Source of the DNA: a virus
DNA length: 64,000 nucleotides
Strand: one strand, 5' to 3'
IMG/VR virus record: IMGVR_UViG_3300020401_000002
Span: 4,778 to 68,777 of that record
Under the pieces are notes generated by a model. The model was not told the origin of the DNA. It saw only the letters and a list, made by a program, of their open reading frames with translations, and ran no database searches. Position 1 is the stretch's first letter. Each line of letters begins with the position of its first letter. The translations under genes were made by a program, and so were the position numbers. This document shows positions 19,721-30,400 of the stretch, piece by piece.

Positions 19721-19751
19721 AACTATTTAAAAACTTTAAAAATTTTACAAA

Positions 19752-21098
19752 ATGGCTGTAACTATGACTGGAGTAGGTGGTGCGTTAACTCCCTCTCCAA
19801 CGAAGTCGACATTATCGACTAACTATTTAGGATCAAGTATTGAGTTTACTTCTCAGTACTTACCAGAAGTATACGAAGCTGAATTTGAAAAGTATGGTAA
19901 CAGAACTGTTTCTTCTTTTCTAAGACAGCTAGGTGCAGAAATGCCTTTTGCTTCTGATGTTATTCAATGGGCTGAACAAGGAAGATTACACTTGGCGGTA
20001 ACTGCTGCAACTCGTGCTTCAGATGTTATTTCAAGTGCTGGTCACCCTTTCAGACTAAACCAAACTGTTGTTATTATCGATGGCGATGGTGATACTGATA
20101 AAGCTATCATCACTGACGTTGATGCAGGAGGTACTGAATTTACTGTTGCTTCTTACTCAGGAGCTAACTTAAATGCGAATCTTGCAAACAGTGGACTAAA
20201 AGTTTTTGCATTCGGTTCTGAATTTAAAAAAGGAACTAATGGAATGACTGGATCTCTAGAAGCTCCAAAAGACATCCTTACAAATAGCCCAATTATCATT
20301 AAAGATAAGTATGAGGTTAATGGATCAGACATGGCACAAATCGGATGGATTGAAGTGACTACTGAAAAAGGAACTACTGGATATCTATGGTATCTAAAAT
20401 CTGAGCATGAAACAAGACTAAGATTTGAAGACTATATGGAACTTTCTCTTGTAGAAGGTAGACCTGCTGCTTCATCTTCTGGTGCTGATACTGCTGGGTA
20501 CAAAGGTACTAAAGGTCTTTTCTATGAATTAGAGAACAGAGGCAACATTGCTACTGGAACTATTGATTCTAGAGATGATATTGAAGAGATTATTAAAATC
20601 TTAGACAAAGAAGGAGCTATTCAAGAAAATGCTCTTTTCGTAAACAGAACTAAATCTTTTGAGATTGACACAGTACTAGCTGCACAAAATAATAGCGGTG
20701 CTTCTACAAGCTCTTACGGTTTGTTTGACAACGATGAAGACATGGCGTTGAATCTTGGATTTAAAGGATTTAACCTTGGATATGACTTCTATAAAACTGA
20801 TTGGAAATACTTAAATGATCCAACTACTGGTGGTCTTACCTCTGCTGTTGATGGAGTTTTAGTTCCTGCTGGAACTACTTCTATCTACGATCAAGTAATG
20901 GGTAGAAACGCCACACGTCCTTTCCTACACGTTAAGTTTAGAAAGAACGAAGCTGAAGATCGTAAGTATAAGTCTTGGGTTGTAGGATCTGCTGGACCAT
21001 CTGGAATGTCTAGTGATCTTGATGCAATGCAAGTACACTTCTTATCAGAAAGAGCACTTTGCGTACATGGAGCGAACAACTTCATTTTGATGCAGTAA
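19752..21098 (+). CDS. Major capsid protein
   Basis: 448 aa after the scaffold, YLPEVYEAEFEKYGNRT motif, followed by a strong terminator. Confidence 0.85.
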   Translation: MAVTMTGVGGALTPSPTKSTLSTNYLGSSIEFTSQYLPEVYEAEFEKYGNRTVSSFLRQLGAEMPFASDVIQWAEQGRLHLAVTAATRASDVISSAGHPFRLNQTVVIIDGDGDTDKAIITDVDAGGTEFTVASYSGANLNANLANSGLKVFAFGSEFKKGTNGMTGSLEAPKDILTNSPIIIKDKYEVNGSDMAQIGWIEVTTEKGTTGYLWYLKSEHETRLRFEDYMELSLVEGRPAASSSGADTAGYKGTKGLFYELENRGNIATGTIDSRDDIEEIIKILDKEGAIQENALFVNRTKSFEIDTVLAAQNNSGASTSSYGLFDNDEDMALNLGFKGFNLGYDFYKTDWKYLNDPTTGGLTSAVDGVLVPAGTTSIYDQVMGRNATRPFLHVKFRKNEAEDRKYKSWVVGSAGPSGMSSDLDAMQVHFLSERALCVHGANNFILMQ

Positions 21099-21106
21099 TC
21101 TTAATC

Positions 21107-21137
21107 AGGGGGATGGGATTCTGTCCCCCTTTTTTTT
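21107..21137 (+). terminator. Intrinsic terminator after capsid gene
   Basis: AGGGGGATGG / CTGTCCCCCT hairpin followed by a T run. Confidence 0.85.
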
Positions 21138-21158
21138 AATCTAATAAAATATAATAAA

Positions 21159-21920
21159 ATGGCAACTACTAAAACACGAGCTACCAGCTCTAAATGGGAA
21201 ATAAAAGATCGTACCTACATTCTTCTCTTAGATGGTACGCCAGTAAATTACTTACTGAACACAAAGCATAGTCGAAACAAACCACTACAATATTTTGATG
21301 GGAAAAGACAACGTGCACTAAGATATGCAACTAATCAAAGTTCTGTATTTGTAGATGAACAGGAAGGAGATGTAATCATCGGTAGAATAAATTTCGAAGA
21401 TGGTAAACTGTTAGTAAAAAAAGAAGACGTTTTACTACAGCAATTTCTAAGCATATATCATCCATCTTTAGGTAAAACATATACAGAGTTTGATCCTGAT
21501 AAAGATGCAGGAAAAGACTTAGATCAAATGACAGATGTTCTTGATGCTATGAATATGGTAAAAGAAATGGAAATAGAAGACTTAGAAGCAATAGCTAGAA
21601 GTGTTTTTAAATCACAAGTTTCACATATGAAATCTAATGAGATTAAAAGAGACATGATGATTTGGGCACAACAAAATCCTATGGAGTTTAAAGAACTAGC
21701 TAACGACTCTGATTTAAAACTAAGGAACTTAGCTATTAGATCGGTTGAAATGGGTATACTGAAATTAGATGACAACAATAGAACATTCTATTGGACTGGT
21801 AAGAAAAAGGAAAAGCTAATTACAGTTCCTTTTGGTGAAAACCCATATAGTTCATTAGCAAAGTTTTTTAAGACTGACGAAGGTCTTGATGCTATCCAAG
21901 CTATTCAGACTAAGTTGTAA
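21159..21920 (+). CDS. Hypothetical protein downstream of capsid
   Basis: 253 aa ORF flanked by terminators; function not assignable. Confidence 0.7.
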   Translation: MATTKTRATSSKWEIKDRTYILLLDGTPVNYLLNTKHSRNKPLQYFDGKRQRALRYATNQSSVFVDEQEGDVIIGRINFEDGKLLVKKEDVLLQQFLSIYHPSLGKTYTEFDPDKDAGKDLDQMTDVLDAMNMVKEMEIEDLEAIARSVFKSQVSHMKSNEIKRDMMIWAQQNPMEFKELANDSDLKLRNLAIRSVEMGILKLDDNNRTFYWTGKKKEKLITVPFGENPYSSLAKFFKTDEGLDAIQAIQTKL

Positions 21921-21943
21921 TACAAATAAAAACTAAGACCTAG

Positions 21944-21976
21944 AAGGGGAGGCAAAAAAACGCCTTCCCTTTTTTT
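21944..21976 (+). terminator. Intrinsic terminator
   Basis: AAGGGGAGGC / GCCTTCCCTT hairpin plus T run. Confidence 0.8.
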
Positions 21977-21977
21977 G

Positions 21978-21985
21978 TACCTTTG
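21978..21985 (+). promoter_or_regulatory. TAnnTTTG box 4 nt before ATG (possible leaderless transcript)
   Basis: TACCTTTG-GCGT-ATG(21990), directly after the terminator. Confidence 0.7.
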
Positions 21986-21989
21986 GCGT

Positions 21990-22679
21990 ATGATAAATCA
22001 CGTTAGAAATACAGTACTATCAGTCTTAAATAAAGAGAACAGAGGTTTCTTGACTCCTGCTGAATTTAACAATTATGCAAAACACGCACAGGACCTCGTA
22101 TTCAAAAGATATTTTGACGAATATAACAAGCTATCAAGCCAAACTAGAACAGGGCGTGGAGGCGATGTATATGCTGATAGGGAGGCTATTCTAAGACAGA
22201 ATATTGAAAGATTAGTTAAGACAACATCTGTAGCACAAGGTGGAGGAGTTTATGCGTTTCCTGTAGATTTATATCACTTAATATCTATAAGAAACGGAGA
22301 TGTAGATATAGAAGAAGTAGAAAAGAGACATGAGAAGTTTCTTATGAATTCTAACTTAACAGCTCCAACAGAAAAATATCCAGTTTATGTAGATGTAAAT
22401 GGTTTTATTACAGTAAAACCTGCAAGTATAACAGGAGCGTTAGATTTTCTTTACATAAGAAAACCAAAAGATCCAAACTGGACATACACAGTTATAGGAG
22501 AAGATTTATTATTTAATGGTTCTGCGTTAGACTATCAAGATTTTGAAATGTCAGACGAAGACACACCATTGCTTGTAATTGAAATATTAAAATTAGCTGG
22601 AGTAACAATAAGAGAAGCAGAGGTATCTCAAGTTGCACAAAGTATAGATGCAACAGAGACACAGAAAGAAAATATGTAA
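21990..22679 (+). CDS. Tail ring/adaptor protein 1
   Basis: Start ATG 21990 (MINHVR); LNKENRGFLTPAEFN and YIRKPKDPNW motifs; first gene of the tail operon. Confidence 0.65.
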   Translation: MINHVRNTVLSVLNKENRGFLTPAEFNNYAKHAQDLVFKRYFDEYNKLSSQTRTGRGGDVYADREAILRQNIERLVKTTSVAQGGGVYAFPVDLYHLISIRNGDVDIEEVEKRHEKFLMNSNLTAPTEKYPVYVDVNGFITVKPASITGALDFLYIRKPKDPNWTYTVIGEDLLFNGSALDYQDFEMSDEDTPLLVIEILKLAGVTIREAEVSQVAQSIDATETQKENM

Positions 22680-22682
22680 GAT

Positions 22683-23546
22683 ATGTCATTAACTGATCAG
22701 CAATATTATCAAGACAGCAGTAATTGGGGAGGTAATCAATTTATAAAACTCAATGACTTAATTAACAACTTCTATTTATTTTATGTAGGAGATGATAAGG
22801 TATTGCAATCTGTTAAAAGATATGACGTTGTTTTCCATGCTAAAAGAGCACTACAAGAATTACATTATGATGCTTTAAAAGATGTAAAAGCATTAGAACT
22901 AGAATTGCCACCAGATCTACAAGTAGAGTTACCTAAAGATTTTGTAAAACTTGTACGATTATCATGGGTAGATGAAAGAGGTAGATTACATCAAGTAATG
23001 AAAGACGACACCTCAACCATAGCAAAAGCATATTTACAGGACAGTAGTTATGATATATTATTTAATAACGATGGTGAAGCAATAGAAGGTACTCCTTATC
23101 TAGAACAAAAAATGACAGAGTTAGCAGATGCTGCAGAGAACAAGAGCACTGCATCAAATCTCAGCGAGGGACAAAACGGTGGTAGATTTGGTATGGATAC
23201 ATCTAGAGCAAACGTAAATGGAAAATATAGATTAGATAAAAAATTAGGTGTAATTAGATTTAGCTCTGAAGTAAAAGGACAGTTTGTAGTAATAGAATAT
23301 ATAACAGATGGATTATCCTATTTATCGGAAGATGAGCTTCAAGTAAACAAATTGGCAGAAGATTTTTTATACAAGCAAATAGCTCATCAAATTGTTAGCC
23401 ACAGATTTGGCATTCAAGAGTATATAGTTCGCAGGTATAAAAATGAAGCATTTGCAGCTATGAAAAATATGAAGATTAGAATGATGGATATCCATCCTTT
23501 TGATTTGATACAATCTCTGAAAGGTCGAAATAAGTGGATTAAATAA
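22683..23546 (+). CDS. Tail ring/tubular protein 2
   Basis: 287 aa; LPKDFVKLVRLSW and VVIEYITDG motifs; coupled to the muzzle gene. Confidence 0.65.
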   Translation: MSLTDQQYYQDSSNWGGNQFIKLNDLINNFYLFYVGDDKVLQSVKRYDVVFHAKRALQELHYDALKDVKALELELPPDLQVELPKDFVKLVRLSWVDERGRLHQVMKDDTSTIAKAYLQDSSYDILFNNDGEAIEGTPYLEQKMTELADAAENKSTASNLSEGQNGGRFGMDTSRANVNGKYRLDKKLGVIRFSSEVKGQFVVIEYITDGLSYLSEDELQVNKLAEDFLYKQIAHQIVSHRFGIQEYIVRRYKNEAFAAMKNMKIRMMDIHPFDLIQSLKGRNKWIK

Positions 23547-26500
23547 TGGAATCAAAAAACGTATTTTCTTCTGGTAAAATGAATCGTGATGCCGATGAGA
23601 GGCTGATTCAACAAGGCGAATATAGATATGCTCTAAACGCAAGAGTACTCAATTCGGCTACATCAGGTGTTGGTGCGTTAGAAAACGCATTATCTAACGA
23701 AGCAGTTACAACAAGCACAGACCTTGATTTCGGCACAAACCCTGTTTGTCTTGGTTCTGTTGCTGACGATTCACTAAATAAAATTTGGTGGTTTGTAAGA
23801 TCTGATGAAGGATCTTATATAGCTGAGTATGATATTGACAATAATCTTGCATCTTTCGTGTTACATGATGAAAGAGCAGGAAATGCCAATGTTCTAAATT
23901 TTTCTAAATCTGACTACGTCCAGGCTGATGTTTTATATGATAATGACAATGACATTATCATGTTGTTTTTTACAGATGGTATAAACGAGCCTAGGAAAAT
24001 AAATGTAGAAGAGGCAAAGCTTTTATCTCAAGGTTCATTTTTAGAATCAGATATAACTGTAATAAAAAAGCCACCTTTATTTCCACCGACACTAACACTA
24101 TCCACGTCTGGCAATACACAAACAAACAATTTAAAAGAAAAGTTTATCACTTTTGCATACAGGTATGAATATTCTGGTGGTGAGTATTCTGTTTTATCGC
24201 CTTTTTCTGAAGTAGCTTTTCAACCGTTTGATTTTACGTTTGACTATTCTATTTCTTCTAACGAGTCGATGTTAAATAAACACAACTCTGCTGCAATAGA
24301 AATTGAAACTGGAGGAAGTGATGTTGTAAAAATAGATTTAGTATTTAAAATATATGGAGATGATACACTTTTCCTGATAGAAAGTTTTGACAAATCTAAG
24401 CTAGGTATAGGTAATGACACTAACTATACTGTTGATTTTGACAACAATAAAATATACAAATTACTTGACAGCAGAGAACTAAAAAGGTATTACGACAATG
24501 TTCCATTAACTGCTAAAACACAAGCAATAGTAGATAACCGTATTATGTACGGAAACTACACAGAGAACTTTGATTTAAAAGATAGAAATGGAGATCAGAT
24601 AAAAATAGATTTTACTACATCTGTTACATCTAAAGAATCAGGTACTCCAGGTCCAGCATACAGATCTGTAAAAACTAACAGAGATTACGAACTAGGTCTT
24701 GTTTATCTAGATGATTTTGGAAGGTCAACAACTGTACTTACATCTAACACAAATTCAGTATACGTTGATGCATCAAAATCTAAATCTGAAAATTCATTAC
24801 AAGTACAGATAAATAGTTTGCCTCCTAAGTTTGCAACTAAGTATAGAATTTTTGTAAAACAAACAAAACAGAATTATTATAATATTCTTCCTACTATATT
24901 TAGAACAGATACTGACACAGGTTTTGTTTATGTACTGCTAAATGCAACGGATGTAAATAAAGTAAAAGAAGATGATTTTGTAATTGTAAAAGCAGATACT
25001 GGAGGACAAAAGACTACACTAGTAGAAACTAAAGTATTAGAAGTATCTTCTAAAGATCTAAACTTTTTAGAAGCTGAAGACTATCCAGGAACAAACGATC
25101 CGCCTATTGCACAACCTGCTGGTGTTTATATGAAGATAAAGCCAGTAGGCTTTAGAATGAATTTAGATGATTATGATGTTTATGAAAATAATGATTATGA
25201 CACTAGTGCTAACGATAGGAATGATCCTCTGGGATTTTATGGAGGGTTACCAGCAAAAACCACAGGACCATTCTATTACGGAACAACGTCATCTGCTGGT
25301 AATGATATTACTGTCGCTGGTACTTATAGTGGTAGCGTTTACGCTAGACTTACTATACAAATAGATGGAACTGGAGATGGTATAAGCACCTTTGACACGT
25401 TTACATGGGCTATAGATTATTTAGATGATGGAACTACACCTGGTGTATCAGCCACAGGAGTAACTATAACTCCAGGAGTACCTATAACTTTAGCAGATGG
25501 TATAACAGTTGACTGGGCAGCAGCAACAGGTCACGATACTTCAGATGAATGGAACTCTACATTAAAACCTGCAAACCCTACATATGATAATGACTCTAAA
25601 GCATACTCTGTTTTTAAAGGAATTGATGAGGTAGCAGACGAAGAGATTAGAGCAGGTACTATACTTAATTTTGAGTACGATGAATATAATGAAGCAACTC
25701 AATATTGGACTTATGAATTTGTGTCTAGTGGTAACTATCCTAATTTAGAGGAGTGGTATTTTAAGAGTGGTGCTAAACCAATATTTGATGCTGAATTTAG
25801 TGAAGCTAGAGTCTTTTTTGAAAGAGGTACTTATGGAAGCAGAACAACAAGCTTAGAACAATCAAGAGCTAATACAGATCCTATACATCTTATAATAAAA
25901 TCATTTGGAACACAAAACAATGATTTTGATTCTAGGGTTAAAGTAGATAATAGGTTTAGAATTACAAAAAGAGCATCTACTGATGAATTATGTTTTGAAA
26001 CAAAACCTGTAGAAGACACAACTGAGTTATATTATGAGACACCACAAACTTATAGTATTGTAAATGGATACCATACAGGTACTGCTGCTTCAGCAGGTCA
26101 AATACCGCAGGTAACACAAACATTAACACAAGGTAGTACCAACTTAACAGCAGTTAATAATGTAGGTTATGTAAACGTAACTGATCCTGTAGCTAGTGAT
26201 GACTGGGACAACTTTGCTGCATTGTCTTCTGATCCTTTTAGTGGAGATGCTTACAAACTGCAATTCACTCTTGAGCCTGATGACTATACAGCATTTGCAA
26301 ACTACACTAATGAACAAGGAGCTCCTGGCAACGGAAGTTTTGGTTTTGGTCAAGGTAAAACAATTACTATTACACAGGGTAGTGCTACTTTAACTGTTAA
26401 AGTATGGTACTTCCAAAGAAATGATATAACAGGAGGCACAAGAGTTACTTTATTTGATGACGATCAAGGTCTAACATCTATGAGTTCTACGAACTATGTT

Positions 26501-27400
26501 AGTGGTTCTGGATCTTTTGCTAATCTTGGAGGAGACTTTACAGTAGTATTTGGTGATGCAGTAGATATAGCTCAAAGCAGTACAAATCCAGCTACAATAG
26601 TTTTACCTTATTTTAACTGCTATGCTTTTGGTAATACAGTTGAAAGTATAAGAATTCGTGATTTATTCAATGCACCTGTATATAAGTTAGATACAAAACC
26701 ACTCACAAACTTACAGGAATATAAAAAATCTTTTAGAACTACTTCTATAACATGGAGTGGTATATATGAACAATCAACACAATTTAATGCATTAAACGAC
26801 TTTAGTCTTGCTGATCTAAACTACAAGGATTTAGATGATGAATATGGCAACGTAGGAAGGATAGTGCCAAGAGGATCAGACCTTATAGCATTTCAAGAAA
26901 ACAGAGTTTCAAGAATCCTTGTAAACAAAAACATATTATTTAATGCTGATGGATCTGGTAACGTAGGAGCATCAACAGATATATTAGGAACTGTCGTACC
27001 ATATGCAGGAGAGTTTGGTGTTACACGACATCCATTCTCAGTTTCGTTGTGGGGTGGACGTATATACTTTGTAGATGAAAGAAGAGGAGCAGTATGTCGA
27101 CTATCACAAGATGGCATAGAGCAAATATCAGATTTCGGAATGGTAGATTTCTTCAGAGACAACCTGAAAGGAGTAGATCCGTTCCGTGTATTAGGTGGCT
27201 TTGATCCACACGATAGGGAGTATGTGGTGTCCCTCCAGGGAACTTACAGTGAATGGAGACCAGATACAATAACGTGTGAGCTCATATATGACGATGATGC
27301 ACCACCGACTTCTACAACGTCAACAACCTCGACATCGTCCACGACAACGTCAAGTACAACAGCACCTCCAACAACGTCATCAACGACCTTTTTTTTTTGA
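23546..27400 (+). CDS. Tail stabilisation/muzzle protein (P22 gp10-like role), N-terminal part
   Basis: GKMNRD.DERL...GEYRYALN start; FAYRY.Y..GEYS..SPFS, NRIMYGNY, FNCYAFGNTVES, GEFGV..HP.S, GGFDPH..EYV motifs. Lacks the expected C-terminus and ends in Ser/Thr repeats at a T10 tract. Confidence 0.75.
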   Translation: MESKNVFSSGKMNRDADERLIQQGEYRYALNARVLNSATSGVGALENALSNEAVTTSTDLDFGTNPVCLGSVADDSLNKIWWFVRSDEGSYIAEYDIDNNLASFVLHDERAGNANVLNFSKSDYVQADVLYDNDNDIIMLFFTDGINEPRKINVEEAKLLSQGSFLESDITVIKKPPLFPPTLTLSTSGNTQTNNLKEKFITFAYRYEYSGGEYSVLSPFSEVAFQPFDFTFDYSISSNESMLNKHNSAAIEIETGGSDVVKIDLVFKIYGDDTLFLIESFDKSKLGIGNDTNYTVDFDNNKIYKLLDSRELKRYYDNVPLTAKTQAIVDNRIMYGNYTENFDLKDRNGDQIKIDFTTSVTSKESGTPGPAYRSVKTNRDYELGLVYLDDFGRSTTVLTSNTNSVYVDASKSKSENSLQVQINSLPPKFATKYRIFVKQTKQNYYNILPTIFRTDTDTGFVYVLLNATDVNKVKEDDFVIVKADTGGQKTTLVETKVLEVSSKDLNFLEAEDYPGTNDPPIAQPAGVYMKIKPVGFRMNLDDYDVYENNDYDTSANDRNDPLGFYGGLPAKTTGPFYYGTTSSAGNDITVAGTYSGSVYARLTIQIDGTGDGISTFDTFTWAIDYLDDGTTPGVSATGVTITPGVPITLADGITVDWAAATGHDTSDEWNSTLKPANPTYDNDSKAYSVFKGIDEVADEEIRAGTILNFEYDEYNEATQYWTYEFVSSGNYPNLEEWYFKSGAKPIFDAEFSEARVFFERGTYGSRTTSLEQSRANTDPIHLIIKSFGTQNNDFDSRVKVDNRFRITKRASTDELCFETKPVEDTTELYYETPQTYSIVNGYHTGTAASAGQIPQVTQTLTQGSTNLTAVNNVGYVNVTDPVASDDWDNFAALSSDPFSGDAYKLQFTLEPDDYTAFANYTNEQGAPGNGSFGFGQGKTITITQGSATLTVKVWYFQRNDITGGTRVTLFDDDQGLTSMSSTNYVSGSGSFANLGGDFTVVFGDAVDIAQSSTNPATIVLPYFNCYAFGNTVESIRIRDLFNAPVYKLDTKPLTNLQEYKKSFRTTSITWSGIYEQSTQFNALNDFSLADLNYKDLDDEYGNVGRIVPRGSDLIAFQENRVSRILVNKNILFNADGSGNVGASTDILGTVVPYAGEFGVTRHPFSVSLWGGRIYFVDERRGAVCRLSQDGIEQISDFGMVDFFRDNLKGVDPFRVLGGFDPHDREYVVSLQGTYSEWRPDTITCELIYDDDAPPTSTTSTTSTSSTTTSSTTAPPTTSSTTFFF

Positions 27401-30400
27401 TACCACTACCTCCACTACTCTGGAGCCTCTCCCTACTACAACAGAGTCTCCTGAACCTACCACAACTACAGCATTTGTATGTAAGCCATTTTACATAGGA
27501 ACTGATGCTGATGGTGACATATTCTTCTCTACTAATCCTGATCCGTGTGATAGGTATGATTACTTTGATGAAGCTTTCTGTCATAATGGAGCTGGTGATT
27601 TGCCAGATGTGTTTGACACAGTATATAGAATAGTAAATGGTCAGTATACACCTTTTGTAGGTTTTAATTCATGGTTTAGCACTTCTAAAACAAACGCATT
27701 TAGAAGTCAAACACAGGCTACACAAATAGGATTTGATGGAACAGTAATGAATAAATCAGCATGTAGTGCTAAAGAATTGCCTACTACATCAACATCATCT
27801 ACTTCTAGTACGACTTCTAGTACAACTTCATCTACCACAACATCTAGTACATCCTCTAGTACAACATCAACATCTAGTACCTCATCTACTACTAGCACTT
27901 CATCAACAACTACATCGTCAACTAGTAGCACAACGACAAGCACAAGCTCAACTAGTAGCACATCTAGTACAACATTATTGCCAACAAGCAGTACGTCAAC
28001 ATCAAGTACAAGTTCTAGCACAAGCTCTAGCACAAGTAGCTCAACAAGTAGTAGTACATCTAGTAGTACATCTAGTAGTACAAGTAGTTCTACAAGTAGT
28101 ACATCTTCTACTTCATCTACATCATCAACAACGAGTACATCGTCAACATCATCAACATCATCAACGTCATCTAGTACAATACCAACTTGTAATCCATTTG
28201 TTTTAGGAACTGGAACTGGAACAAGCGTACCTTATTGTAACTCTGATCCAGCAGTAGCTTGTGAAGCTGCTACAAGAATGTTAGCGGATATGTGTCATAA
28301 CGGTGATACAACTATACCAGAGGTTGGAGATAGAGTAAGAAGAATAAATGGTATAGTATTGCAAGGTGGAAACTGTTGGTTCCATGCTGGTGCTTCTTCT
28401 AATGCTGATTTGTCAACTGAGTATTATACACATATAATACAAATAGATAATAGTGGATACGTTGTAAGTGTTTATGATTGTAACCCACCTACAACAAGCA
28501 CAACTAGCTCTTCTACTAGCTCAACTACATCTAGCACAACGTCAACTAGTTCTTCTACTACAAGCACTTCTAGTACGACAACTTCATCTACAAGTTCTTC
28601 AACGACTAGTACAACAAGTACTTCTAGTACATCTAGCACTACAAGCTCTACTAGTTCTACTAGTTCTACAACAGAATCACCATTTACAACAACAAGTACT
28701 TCGAGCTCTACATCGACAAGTACTTCAAGCTCTACAACCTCAACGTCATCTACAACATTACCACCATACACAGAAATATTTAGAGCTCCATATCATTGTA
28801 ACACATCAACACATCCGACTTGCTCTACATCTTGTACAACACCAGTACAGTTTGACAATCAGACACTTTATTTTGATGGTGTGCTAACACCTTACCAGGG
28901 ATATATATACACTGATCCACAATTAACACAACCTTACTTTACAGGTGTATTTACATATCAAGGATTCTCATTTGATTCTAATGACAAAATGCAATGTAAA
29001 ATTGCACCTATGGTAATCCGTACATCTCAATCTGGTGCTATTATGGATATATGTGCAGCATGTCCAACAACAAGCACGACAAGCACAAGTTCTAGTACAA
29101 CATCGACATCAAGCACAACTAGCACAAGTAGTTCCACTAGTAGCACAACTTCCAGTACGTCTAGTTCAACATCATCTAGCACGACAAGTACATCTAGCTC
29201 TACAACAAGTACATCATCTAGCACAACTAGTACTTCATCGAGTACATCATCTAGTACGTCTAGTTCGACTACTTCTACGAGCTCAAGCACAACGAGTACA
29301 TCATCTAGTACATCATCCAGTACCTCTTCTAGTACCTCTAGTACATCAACGTCTAGTACAAGTTCTACAACAACATTTGGATGTCCTACTGGATCTTTCC
29401 CTGATGGTCCGTATAATTATCCAATATATCTTCTTAGGCAGTTGAGTGGTGGTGGGTATGTTTATGCTAATGCATATGAGTCTACTCCATATCAACCAGG
29501 AGATATAGTCACATTAAATGCAGGAAGTACAAACTGTTACTACGTTTTATGTTATTATCCAACCTCAGCATTTACGACTAACCAGGCATCTAGCGTAGCT
29601 GGTCCATGTCCAACAACTACGACTACACTACAACCTACGACTAGTACTTCGTCTAGTACCTCATCAAGTACATCGTCAAGTACTTCATCAAGTACATCGT
29701 CAAGTACTTCGTCTAGTACTTCGTCTAGCACATCTTCTAGTACTTCTTCTAGCACTACAAGCACGTCATCAAGTACATCAAGTACAACTAGTAGTACATC
29801 TTCTTCAACTTCTAGTTCTACATCAAGTACAACATTAGAGCCAACGACTTCTACATCTAGTTCTACATCATCAAGTACATCTAGTTCAACGTCTAGTTCT
29901 ACAAGTAGTTCTACATCTAGTTCTACAAGTAGTTCTACAACTAGTACGAGTAGTTCAACGTCTAGCACAAGTTCTACATCAAGTACTACAATAGAGCCGA
30001 CTACGTCAACATCTAGTACAACTATAAATCCTGGTTTATCTACAACGACAACTTCTAGTACATCAAGTACAACTAGTTCTACAAGTAGTACCTCAACATC
30101 GACAACCTCAACTTCAAGTACATCAAGTACAAGTACATCGAGTACAACACTACTACCAACAAGTGTCTTTTATTTAGGATCTGATCAATACGCATATGCT
30201 TGGTTTGCTAAAGAAAACTATGAATTTGCTCAGACCTTTGGTGGACCAACACATTGGTTCCATGATTTCTTATGTGATATAAATACATTTAAGCAAACAA
30301 AAAGACACAACGGTACAAATGCACTACCGCAAGTTGGTGATATGATTTATAATCCTAACACTTCTATGTTTGATGGATCATTAGGTGGTCACCAGGGATC

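Noticed and set aside
27707-29968. Val/Leu/Asp/Glu-rich - strand ORFs and Leu/Val/Gln/His-rich + strand ORFs in the track
   Set aside because: Shadow frames of the Ser/Thr-coding repeats; no independent starts or signals.
27781-30150. Possible CRISPR array or DNA satellite
   Set aside because: No constant repeat with unique spacers; the repeats are codon-level, degenerate and in frame within a CDS.
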